DNA of 64,000 nucleotides from Antedon mediterranea (taxonomy: Eukaryota > Animalia > Echinodermata): NCBI RefSeq assembly GCF_964355755.1, contig NC_092677.1:9012101-9076100 (forward strand). Reading direction: 5' to 3'. Numbering within the stretch: position 1 is the stretch's first letter; each line of letters begins with the position of its first letter. The notes under the pieces were generated by a model that saw nothing but the letters and a program-made list of their open reading frames with translations, made no database searches and was not told the origin of the DNA. Position numbers and translations under genes: made by a program. Below, one piece after another: positions 41,479 to 53,290 of this stretch.

Positions 41479-43814
41479 TTTCATGGTATTGTTCAAACTC
41501 GATTGGATAGCGACTCTTTAACATTCTCGGCGTGGTACGGCGGAACAGCACTAGTCCTCAGTTGTACGCACGCGCACCAGAGATCAAATTGATACGCCCT
41601 CATCTTTCAGTATTTTTTATTCACGAGGCGGGATCTCCGAAGAGATACTTTTATATATATATATATTTCCTCTATGCATAGACTAACTGTTTAGACTAAA
41701 GACTAAAACAATGACCACTAGAACAATGGCAACCAGAACAATAGCCAACAAAATAACAAATTTTACGAACGGCCTAAGTATATCTTTTCGAAAAATATGT
41801 TTTATTCGATTTAAGATATTTTTTAAAATTTTGTTCATATCTTAAAGATGCATTGTCCCTTTGTCAAATTCCAAAAAAATAAAAATGAAAAGATAGCTGT
41901 CAATCAAATAACTTTTTTTTATTTGTGTTACAGCTAGAAGTTGCACAGCAATAACCGATTAATGGTGTTCTAACACTGATTTGATTGGGAAACCGATATT
42001 TTCAAACCGATTACTAAAATTTGTAAGAAATTAGGGCTCGTTTATTCACACCCATAGTTATTTTTTCCCAGCAGAAACAGGACCTAATAATAACTAAAAG
42101 TGCCACTTACCTGGATAAACTTGTATCTCAGAAAGGGTTATGATGGCTGCTGGTGCATGAAAAATACAACTAGAGTAATATTTGCACATAAGTTTCAATA
42201 AAAATCCCAAGCGGAAAATAATAGATCTATAATAACTACCAATAAAGTTTAGTAGAATTATTGCAATGAAGCTGTTTATCTGAACCCTGGGCATTTAAAA
42301 AAAAGGTCCCTGGTATTTCTATGTATTTGACTGGTTGAATGAAGCAATAGTTTTTGGTGTACATATTCAAAAAAAATATCGAAACAAATACTGTATACAA
42401 AAGTATCTATAAGCGTAAATAAATAAAGTAATATTTGTGATAATATCCAGTAAATTCTTATTGTAATTTATTTTGATATCTATTAAACACTGTTGCTTTT
42501 AATTGTCTTTGTTTTTCTCTCGTTATCTGATCAAAAAAGTCTCCCTCTCTACATGTTTAAATTAATTTTTGTTATCAAAGCTTTGTCAAATTAAATTTGT
42601 GTTGAGATTTTCAAGAACATCCCTCTCCCTCTATCAATAGTTAGATCATTTACTGTCTGGCTTAATGATTTAGTATTGAGTGGTCTTCCAATAAACACCT
42701 GAAACATAATAGCAGGATTACAATATAACTGTTAACAGTCCACAACATTATTTGTACTTCAGTGATCATCTCAAATGCGAATATCAAATCAAATCTGCAG
42801 ACCTACTCACATTTTCATGTTAAGAAGAGATCCCTAAAACTAGTCATGTCATTTGGTATTGAGACATATTTTTCTAGACTGTCCCCAGTTGCGTACATTT
42901 CAATAGTACTTTGAACTATGCTGAGTTTTACCATTATCAGGTGAGGTAATGTGAGCACACCTGTCTTATGAATGTACTAAAGGTTTTCCCCAATTAATTT
43001 TTTTTTCATTCCACGTTTTAGTAATTTTACCTTGACATTTAGGTTTGTAACATACTTTTCTGACATTAAATAAAAAGTATATAACATCTAGCTAACCCTG
43101 CAACTCTTCCACATGGTCAAAAGAAAATTGGTTGTTTCTGATGTTCATACTAAGTGCTATCGTTTAAACTTTGTCGTCATGTGCAGTAGTACCGTAAATA
43201 GTAGTACAGCTCTTAGTGTTGGAATCGATGAAACTTGTTCTTTGTTCAGTCACTCAATTCCTAAGACACTGACTCGTGAAACGTAGTTTCTCACGAATAA
43301 GGGTCTCAGGGAGGGAGTAACATACACCGTTCAGTCGCCTTGCACTTAATAATTAATACATACTGTATTTCACTAGCAAAAGATGGGTCTAGATTGAGTC
43401 TTAGCAAAATGTATAAAGTCTAGTAAACACCACTTTAATTTACCAAACTAAACTTTGTTAGTGGAATGTTGGGTTCTGGCTTTTTTTGTTGCTCTGCATC
43501 TGTAATAGGATTCAGGATAGTAAAATGCAGCACCTAACAAGCTAGTCCAGTAGCCATTGTCAGAATGCTTAACTTTTAAAACTGAGAATCGGAAGTTCAT
43601 AAATTGTAATTATCGGTTTTATCTTTCCTGGGTTCGTTTTAACCATGGAGAAATCGTCCATGTTATAACATACTTTGGGTTTTTCCAACTTCTTTGCAAT
43701 TCACTTCCTATGAAACTACAAGAAGACTTTGTATTCATTCTTTTCTTTCCCAACGAATGAATTAATTTTTTTCTTCAGCAACATTATTTTATTTTTTAAA
43801 GACATAAAAATTCT

Positions 43815-44270
43815 TATGCAAGACGATGAAGAAAAGAAGTAATACAAGTCCTGTGGATTGCATGGTTTACCAAGATCTCCCTGTTATATGCCATTTGTAC
43901 AATTCAACTCCAAATGTTAGCAATCTGGACTTGACGCTCTTTCTTATAAGACACCGCTTCTGTTCTTCAAGTGTCACATATGTTTATTGCATTTTTTCTC
44001 AGAAGTTCCCTGTTATTTGCATAATTCATATTCTAACTCCTTTTCTTTTATAAATGGGACATCTTTAAAAATGTTTAGTTGACAGTCTTGACATGCAAAT
44101 TCTTGATCTGTTGATTGCATTGTTGCATGTTCTATGCTGTTTGGTAGAATTTACACATTTCATATAATTCATAAAACTCCTGTCCTTTTCTCTCATCTAG
44201 GAAAATTTAATTCCAGATTAGACCATACTTCATAAGATGAAGGACCTTTCACACTAAAATTCGAAAAACT
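43815..44270 (-). pseudogene. Decayed tyrosine recombinase (Crypton-like) fragment
   Basis: Frameshifted peptides in the expected order: NFSVKG..W (cf. HFGxRG), LDERKGQEFYE, DCQLNIFK (cf. CPVxxFK), ITGR..NHAIHRTCITSFL (cf. TNHSxRxTxxT). Confidence 0.4.
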
Positions 44271-44564
44271 ATCTCTTTCAATCCGGATGTTATATTTAAC
44301 CAATCTTTGTACTTTGTTCATCTATCAGTGAAGTGTTGACATAAGCACGTCACATGGAAAGTTAGCACGCTGTATAGTTATCGCCTGCTAGGATATTACT
44401 GAACTATACAACCTACTACCTCACCATGTAATGTACATACCGTATACTGTACTGTTATATACTGTAAACGTGTATTGTAGAATATCGTATTTCTATAATT
44501 AATTAGAAGCACTTTTATAAAACAGCATATTGATCCAAAAATAACTGTCTGCTAAATATATCTA

Positions 44565-45870
44565 TGACATTGGTTCGGCAAATAAAAAAAAATAGAAATT
44601 TCTTTCACTTTGTGTTGGTTCGCTAACAATTAGAAAATACTGGGTAGTAGCATCACCGTGTTGGGTCACCAATTCCACAATAATAGAAAATACTTGACTG
44701 TAGCACCACCTTGTTGGTTCACCAATAATTAGAAAATACTTGTCTGTAGCACCAGCATGTTGGTCCACCAATTCACCAATAATTAGAAAATACTTGACTG
44801 TAGCACCACCATGTTTAGGTCCACCAATTCCACAATAACAGAAAATACTTGACTGTAGCACCACCTTGTTGGTTCACCAATAATTAGAAAATACTTGTCT
44901 GTAGCACCAGCATGTTGGTTCACCAATTCACCAATAATTAGAAAATACTTGTCTGTAGCACCACCATATTGGTTCACCAATTCACCAATAATTAGAAAAT
45001 ACTTGTCTGTAGCACCACCATATTGGTCCACCAATTCACCAATAATTAGAAAATACTTGTCTGTAGCACCACCATGTTTAGGTCCACCAATTCACCAATA
45101 ATTAGAAAATACTTGTTTGTAGCACCGCCGTTGTTGGTCCACCAATTCACCAATAATTAAAAAATACTTGTCTGTAGCACCAGCATGTTGGTCCACCAAT
45201 TCACCAACAATTAAAAAATACTTGTCTGTAGCACCAGCATGTTGGTTCACCAATTCACCAATAATTAGAAAATACTTGTCTGTAGCACCACCATATTGGT
45301 CCACCAATTCACCAATAATTAGAAAATACTTGTCTGTAGCACCAGCTTGTTGGTTCACCAATTCACCAACAATTAGAAAATACTTGTCTGTAGCACCAGC
45401 ATGTTGGTTCACCAATTCACCAATAATTAGAAAATACTTGTCTGTAGCACCACCATATTGGTCCACCAATTCCACAATAATTAGAAAATACTTGTCTGTA
45501 GCACCAGCATGTTGGTTCACCAATTCACCAATAATTAAAAAATACTTGTCTGTAGCACCACCATATTGGTCCACCAATTCACCAATAATTAAAAAATACT
45601 TGTCTGTAGCACCACCGTTGTTGGTCCACCAATTCACCAATAATTAGAAAATACTTGTCTGTAGCACCACCGTTGTTGGTCCACCAATTCACCAATAATT
45701 AGAAAATACTTGTCTGTAGCTCCAGCATGTTGGTTCACCAATTCACCAATAATTAGAAAATACTTGTCTGTAGCACCAGCATGTTTAGGTTCACCAATAA
45801 TTAGAAAATACTTGTTTGTAGCACCACCGTTGTTGGTTCCAAAATTCACTGATAATTAGAAAATACTGGT
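44565..45870. repeat. 54-bp minisatellite, about 24 copies
   Basis: CACCAATTCACCAATAATTAGAAAATACTTGTCTGTAGCACCA(G/C)CAT(G/A)TTGGT(T/C) units; these explain the 18-aa periodic ORFs on both strands. Confidence 0.95.
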
Positions 45871-46259
45871 TTAACAATATAAATAATTATAAATGCCTAA
45901 TTGCTTGTGTAACACCAACAATTCACCTATTAATAAGAATATCAACAAATTTTCCTTGTAACATGTTAATCTGCAGTTGTCTGTGTGCAGCATATGGTTT
46001 AACTAATCCAATAATTTAACGCTAAACTGTTCTTCTATCACATGAACAGGTCTGACAGTGAGGCAGCAACTAATGAATCTTCATTACATCTTGTGCTTTA
46101 TTTCTAAATAGCTGATTCTTCCGGCAGAATTGACGACTCTAAAATAGGAATAAAATTGATGACGTTAATTAAATATCATAGAAGCTTCCACCAAAAATAT
46201 TTTATATTCAGTAAATTATATATATTCTGCTTATTAAATATTAATTAAATATGGTGAGT

Positions 46260-46487
46260 GGATATCTTTTCTAAAAAGTCCATATCAGGAATACCAGCTT
46301 AGGGGGCCTAATTTAACAAAACCAGATCTGCAGTCGTTGGACATCTTTTCTAAAAAGTCCATATAAGAAATACCAGGTTAGGGGCCTCATTTAACAAAAT
46401 CAGATCTGCAGTTTTTGGACAGCTTGTTTGAAAAGTCTATATAAGGAATACCAGGTTAGGGGCCTCATTTAACAAAACTAGATCTAT
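46260..46487. repeat. ~79-bp tandem repeat, 3 copies
   Basis: AAAAGTCCATAT...AATACCAGGTTAGGGGCCTCATTTAACAAAA..AGATCT repeated three times. Confidence 0.85.
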
Positions 46488-47229
46488 GTGACAGCCTGCG
46501 GTTTCCAAGGTTTCTGTACAATCTTGAAAATATTCATTAATAGAATTAAAATATGGAAAATGCAAAAAAGAAATGACAGCAACTCACTCAATGAATGTTC
46601 TCATACATACCATTTAACACAGCACTTGCAAATAGAGTCTAAAGGGATGATCAATTTTAAAATTATAAATTCATTTAAAGGTATTGGACGTTTAATCCAA
46701 GGTAGATATCTGCAAAAAAATTTGTTTGCGGCCCAGACAGTTGAATATGAGCCACTCTTGGCACGGAAGACAGAATATCGATCGGCTGATTATTAAGAGC
46801 ACTCAATGCTATCGTCTGCTCCTGTAGTCTAATGCTATCGTCTGCTGTTACAAGACAGGTTTGAGCTGAATACAGGTATGATAAACAGTCTAGTGATATC
46901 ATGCGGAACATAAAATCAAAAGTCAATTTGCTGAAGACTAAAGCCAGACATTCATATGAATATGTAAATGTAAGAAAATCAGCTGGTTTAGAACACGGCA
47001 TTGCATATTATGAGCATATTCTATTGATGTCTATTCGTTAAGAAATAAAAATCATAAATTATTTATTAAAAGAGAAAAATGTAATCAATTTAAGATCAAA
47101 GGTGAAAAATAAGAGATGTACTATTATACGATAAAAATAAATTTAAAACAAAGTTGGTAATGGAAATAGTCATAATTACGAAATTCAGAAATATTGATGA
47201 TGTAATTTGTGAAGTAGATAATTTACAGT

Positions 47230-47800
47230 CCTACACGACAAGAGTGTCAAAGTGGTATACCACAAAAGTGCCAAAGTGGTACACCACAAAAGTGCCAAAG
47301 TGGTACACCACAAAAGTGTCACAATGCTACACCAGAAGAGTGTCAGAATGCTACACCAGAAGAGTGTCAGAATGCTACACCAGAAGAGTGTCAGAATGCT
47401 ACAGCACAAGAGTGTCACAGTGCTACACCACAAAAGTGTCGCAATGATACACCACAAGTGAGATACAATGCTACACCATAGAGTGTCAGAATGCTATACC
47501 ACAAGAGTGTCACAATGCTATACCACAAGAGTGTCACAGTGCTACACCACAAGAGTATCACAAGGCTATAACATAATATTTATAAAGTGCTACACCACAA
47601 GAGTGTCACAATGCTATACCACAAGAGTGTCACAATGCTACACCACAAGAGTGTCACAGTGGTACACCACAACAGTGTCGCAATGATACACCACAAGTGA
47701 GTTACAATGATACACCACAAGTGAGTTACAATGATACACCACAAGAGTGTTACAACAGAAGAGTGTCACAGTTCTATAACACAAGTGTTACAGTTCTACA
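47230..47800. repeat. 24-bp minisatellite
   Basis: TACACCACAAGAGTGTCACAATGC repeated about 22 times. Confidence 0.92.
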
Positions 47801-50800
47801 TACATACAGCAGTGTGTTATTCACATATTGATTTAGCTACAAATATCCACCATGGTCTATGCGATTTAAAATAAGCCTAAAAATGTTTCTATAAAGTGCA
47901 ATGGTACGATAAAAGACCAAAGGGTTCATGGGTCAAATCATAAACTTGCAAAAAAGGAAATCCAGACAGATTGTTTAACACAAAGAATGTTAAAATCTAT
48001 TGTGAAGCCAGACAAAAATAATTAATGCGAAGAGACATAAACTATTAATGCGATAGTATAATAGACAATTAGCTAATTTATGATATATTCTACTTGACAT
48101 GATTAAAAAGATTAATTATATTTATGTGAAAAAATATATATAATAATATATATTCTAACAATTTCTTTGTCAGTGAAATTACAATATATATTTATACAGT
48201 ATATAGGAGCATGGAATAATTATCCATTTAAACTGTTTATTATAATAAACAAGAAGCCGTAAATTTAAATAGTCTGCAACTAATCAAAGGACAAAAGGTT
48301 AGATGGCGATTGACAAATGAACGAAATGTAGAAACACGCTTGCTTCGTATGTACCTGTCAAGATTACTTTATTTTCCTAATAGGAGAAAGAGTAGATCCA
48401 CGATTACCCACTCAGTACATCTTTTATCAATGTGAACTTGACCTTTTGACCCCACAACACTAAAGGTCAGCACAAATTATTCAAAAAACACTCAAAGGCA
48501 ATATCTATGTGCTGCTTTGAATTGTTGATTGCAAGAAACAAGTTTATATAATAACTCTATATTGATTAGTTATATTTTGTCCAATTACAAAGCACTTATG
48601 TTAACCTTTGACATATTATACAATTCTTAACAATTAATATTTGAATTTTCGTTTTATTCTTGTAATAAACGTGAAGATATACAATAATTACTGCCATTTA
48701 TGATGTGTCTTTTTCTCTGATGATCAAAACAAACCATTCTCAGTGAGAATTATTAATATTAATGATGATTTAAGTTTTTGAAAATTAAATAAATTAAAAT
48801 GGTATATGAAAACACTGATTTATCTAAAATAATTCAATCAACTCGTTCAATTAAATTAAAATTATTTGATTGATAAGTTGTGAGAATCAAAGACAAAAGA
48901 AAAATTAATTTACACTTATTGGTATCCAAAAATAACTCAAGTTCAAAGCCAAAAGTAATTTTAGCTTTGTGTTGCTAAATTTGTCTAAAACAAATATGTA
49001 CATTACCTTAAAATAAAAATTATTTTATCATACACGCCCGATGAACAAATTGATGGGTTTAATATAGGTCTTGTTATAAACCGAGATACGCTAATGTAAA
49101 TAATTTAAATCAACGAACTGGCAAAAAATGTATATAGCTCTGGCACTTTACAATTGTCAATTTTCTTTTCTATCTTTTTCTGTTATTTTTCTCTTCACTT
49201 TTTTTGCATGTAGGAATTAGAGCAAAAACAACAATAAAACATTAACACCAGTTCACACACATAGTCCTTGATAAAACGATAAATAAATTGTGCAGTTTGT
49301 ACTAGTAATATTACATGTATGCTAGAAAAAATATTTCAAAAGTGTATCAAGGTACAGAACTGAAATGTTCAAATTCCTGGGAACAAAGACAAACGACAGA
49401 GCAGGGAGGTGGCCTCTCTACACAGAGCGTGGAATAATTCCCCCAATTTATTACTTGCCTGGTCTGGCACATGGTAATGACATAGTACATGTGCGTTAAA
49501 ACCAACATTTTAATCCACTGTGTGGTATAAAAATCCTTTTTTAGGACATCAAACATTTGAAAAATGTGTATAAATGGTTTTCAAATTACTTGGACCAAAG
49601 AAGACTATAAAATCAATGCGGCGAATCCTAGGTGGGGCGAGGGGCGATTGCAAAAAGCAAAAGACAGGAATTACATTAAGTTAAGCACTTCCTTTCACAA
49701 TTGTTATATATTTCAAAATCCTGGATTCGCCACAGCCAAATGCATAACATTTTCTTATGCCAATGGACACAGAAAGAATGGAGTAGTTAAACTTCACTTT
49801 TAAAAGATAACGATAGGGAAATCGACTTCCGTGTACACTGTACACATTTCTGATACGTGAAATATCATGAACTAGGTGTAAACTGGGTTAATGCTGGATG
49901 AAAGCAAATAGGTACGCTTCAGTAAGTCTATTGTATCAGGTGAAATCAAACAAAACACAAATTGGGTTCAAACCAGGATATTCTCATTTGCCGTGAAATT
50001 TTGCAGACGGGTCTATTATTCTTGGCTGTAATGCAACAACGGTAATTTGCGCATGCGCACCAACAATGCTTGATGCAAAACGTTAATCAAGATTTGAAAA
50101 TATAGTAAAACAGTCCATTTAAATCAGACACAAGATTGAATTGGGCGAGAGACACCACAATTATACGATACAAATCGAAATACGATATTATTTATTGTAA
50201 TTTTAACAACAAGGTACAAATGAAATTATTATGGCCTCCAATCGGTATAGCACATACTCATTAAAATCTATTATGCGCCTAAGTACCTGAAAAAGTTATT
50301 GGTATATTACTATGGAATGGAAAACAGGTAAAAAGCAATGAAAATTAAGTGCAAATTTTATTTAATAAAATAATGCAGTATAATTATTTTTCTCAATAAA
50401 CATGCGCTGCTTGGTACAACCGTGTACCACCACAACCTCACTGAATTTGGGTAAAAACTCATCAGGCTAATACGCAACTCTCCATTTTCAGATCACATCT
50501 GCCTTCTACATAAAATGGATCAATTCTTTATTTCTAATATAAAATTGCTCCTGTCGCTACTATTTATAGTATATTGTTACTTTTGTTATGCTAATTACAG
50601 TGTTCTCTCTTGCATATACTGTTGTTGCATTTAAATATTACATAACAATATTATCACAGTGGATTTGCTTTCGAAATACCTGTCTGATACATAATGAATG
50701 TCTGTCTGCTTTTTGTAATGAATAATACAGAAAAAAAACAGTTGAAATCAAATTGTCATGAGATTGATTGAGTAGAATTGTATATAATAAATCATATAAA

Positions 50801-50847
50801 TATCACAGCCAATCATCAAAACATGCTCATTTGGGAAACATGATTAG

Positions 50848-51050
50848 TCGTATGGAGCACGGCTCGTACGGAGCACGGCTTGTACGGAGCACGCCTCGTA
50901 CGGAGCACGGCTCGTACGGTGCACAGCTCTTAAGGAGCACGGCTCGTACGGAGCACGGCTCGTACGGTGCACAGCTCTTAAGGAGCATAACTCATATGGA
51001 GAATACCCAGTACGAAGCATAGCTCATACAGAGCTAAGTCGTATGGAGAA
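50848..51050. repeat. 16-bp GC-rich minisatellite
   Basis: GGAGCACGGCTCGTAC repeated about 9 times, then decaying. Confidence 0.9.
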
Positions 51051-53076
51051 TAGCTTGTTGGCAACATGTACCTGACATGTGGCATAGCTCATTTAGCTTA
51101 TATCTGACATAGCTAGTATTGGGCATACAGTACCTCTTTTTTAGGAGCCATATGTTTGAGAACTAAACTGTAAAAACATTCCATCCCTGATTATACTGAC
51201 TTTCAAAACTTGTATGTGTTTGTTTGTTGTGTCGTTGTCAAACAATTACAAATTATTGAATAAAATAGATAAGGTCCTTTCTTTAATTGCATAGAATATA
51301 CTATAGTATGGTTGAGACCCTCCACTTCTTGCCAAAACAAACAAACATTTTCATCCGTATGGAACAAGAAATTCCTAGTAAAACCAAGACGAAGTTACAT
51401 AGCAGAAAAACAAGAAACATTTGCAGGTAATTTATTGACCAGTAAAAAGTTCTCCATTGCACTTGCTATTAGTAGCGCGTAGCATATACTCTACACTCAA
51501 CCTTTTTAAACAAATGAAATAAAATGCGAATACTTCCACCGTGACCTTTCTTCACCTTAAAGTGAAAGATGTGAACAATACGAGTGTTTGCACGTATGTA
51601 CGGTAATTATAATAAACATTCAAAAGGATAGATATTTGTCAACCTTAAAGGATATAAAGATATATGGTACAGCAATATACTGTACTCTGTCATAGGTATA
51701 CACTCTTTTATTTGTATTACAAAAAGTTTTTTTCTAAAATGGTTATTTAATATTGAGTATGATGAAGGGCTATGCCTGGGTTGCCCGAAATTTGTGGTAG
51801 AAAGAGCACAGTGTTAGGTAATGATTTCAAACTGAATGTTGACTATATAGTATTTGCAAGGCTCAGAGCTAGCCAATAGCAGGCTTACCCGCTCGGCCAT
51901 GGCCACTCTCACATGCTAGATAGATTACGAAATTTGTGAAAGAATGGAGAATGGATAAATGAATATTTTAAACCTATATCTTAAACCCAATGAAAACCAA
52001 TATTTATCTAGAACATAAAAAGATTTGCGATACCAAACAAAACAGGATTGCTCAAATAGCCATGTACCACGATGAAAGTGACCTATGACCTTTACCCAGA
52101 GCTCTGACCTTGCGACCTATGTCATGAAGCACAAGTTCGGACCTACGGGTTAAAGTCAAAGGGCAAGCAGTATGTACCAGATCATCTCCCTTATTGAGGT
52201 TTATCCGGGGCCCGTTGGTGCATCATGCAACAATACTAGTAAATACCAATCAACCTTGCATTAATAGAAAAGTGATTCCCAAATTTGTTTTACAATACAT
52301 ACAAAGATAACACATTTATAAATTAATTAAAATTTCCTAAAATAAATTGGAAGGCAGAAAATACAACCAAAAAATTGGGAGAGCAATGTACATTACAAAC
52401 GTCTTTCACAGTTGATACTTATCTTGAACAAACGATTTTAATTTTCGCAATAACCGTGAATACAATAATAGGCCAATCAGCATATAGATATAATGATCAG
52501 TGTAAATCAAATATAGGCCCTACTCCAAATTTCATAAGATTTATTAATAGGCTGAGCCACAAGGACTATGGAATCATAATGTTTTTAAAAAAAACATATA
52601 TTCGGAACTTACCAATAACACATGCATACAAATCATCTTGACCTATTAAATTTTGGAATCATTTTGAAAGTGGCCACTATTTGTACAGTCAAACTATCCC
52701 AATCACTTGCCTGATAACCGGCAACAAATAAGGGTCAACCACCGATCGTTTTTACCGGTCCAATAAATTTGGCCCGAGAAGGCACATTAAAATATGCTAC
52801 ACATATGAGAAACACATGCTTGACTCATTTCAAATACGGGGAATTAGTTCAACCCAAGGGCCGAACAGTTAAAATTTTGGTACATGAATAATTATACCTA
52901 GATTAAAAAAAACTTGACCTTTTAGTACATAATGGTTTTATGTAAATTTGAGAAGATTTATGGGTCACATGTAAATCCCTGATATTTATAATAGAATTCA
53001 ATATTGCAAACTTATGAGAACATTCAAATCTAATGTCCAAAACGAAAAGATACGAAAAAGAGGAAGGACAGTACGC

Positions 53077-53290
53077 ATTCTATTCTATTCAGGTTTTTAT
53101 ATGGCGCCCTACAAAGAACAGAGCGCCTAACATTACTTAGTTATTAATTAAAAAGAAAAGTTTTAAGTTGACGTTTAAATAGAGGTGCTGAATTCGCTCC
53201 TCTCAAATCAACAGGTAGTGTGTTCCAGATCCGCTGAGCGCCGACAGAAAAAGCATTGTCACCAGCTTTCTGATTAAATCGTGACATCAT
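53077..53290 (-). mobile_element. L2-clade LINE 3' end, 5'-truncated, with a 10-bp TSD
   Basis: Minus strand encodes AGDNAFSVGAQRIWNTLPVDLRGANSAPLFKRQLKTFLFN*, the typical L2 ORF2 C-terminus, then a GGCGC/GCGCC stem-loop and a (GAATA)n tail. GACAGTACGC is duplicated at 53067-53076 and 53291-53300. Confidence 0.88.

Larger units (their letters stand above)
40931..41652. repeat. Two tandem near-identical 365-bp units separated and flanked by (TA)n
   Basis: 40931-41295 versus 41296-41660; I see one substitution (41207 A vs 41572 G). Confidence 0.95.

Noticed and set aside
41004-41551. Duplicated 60-aa minus-strand ORFs
   Set aside because: They run through the tRNA-like gene in the 365-bp duplicate; no coding features.
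44562-45849. Repetitive ORFs (GATDKYFLIIGELV / SVAPACWFTNSP)
   Set aside because: By-products of a 54-bp minisatellite; open on both strands, broken by unit-length variants, no splice signals.
47154-47686. YTTRVSQC-repeat ORFs
   Set aside because: A 24-bp minisatellite open in several frames; no evidence of coding.
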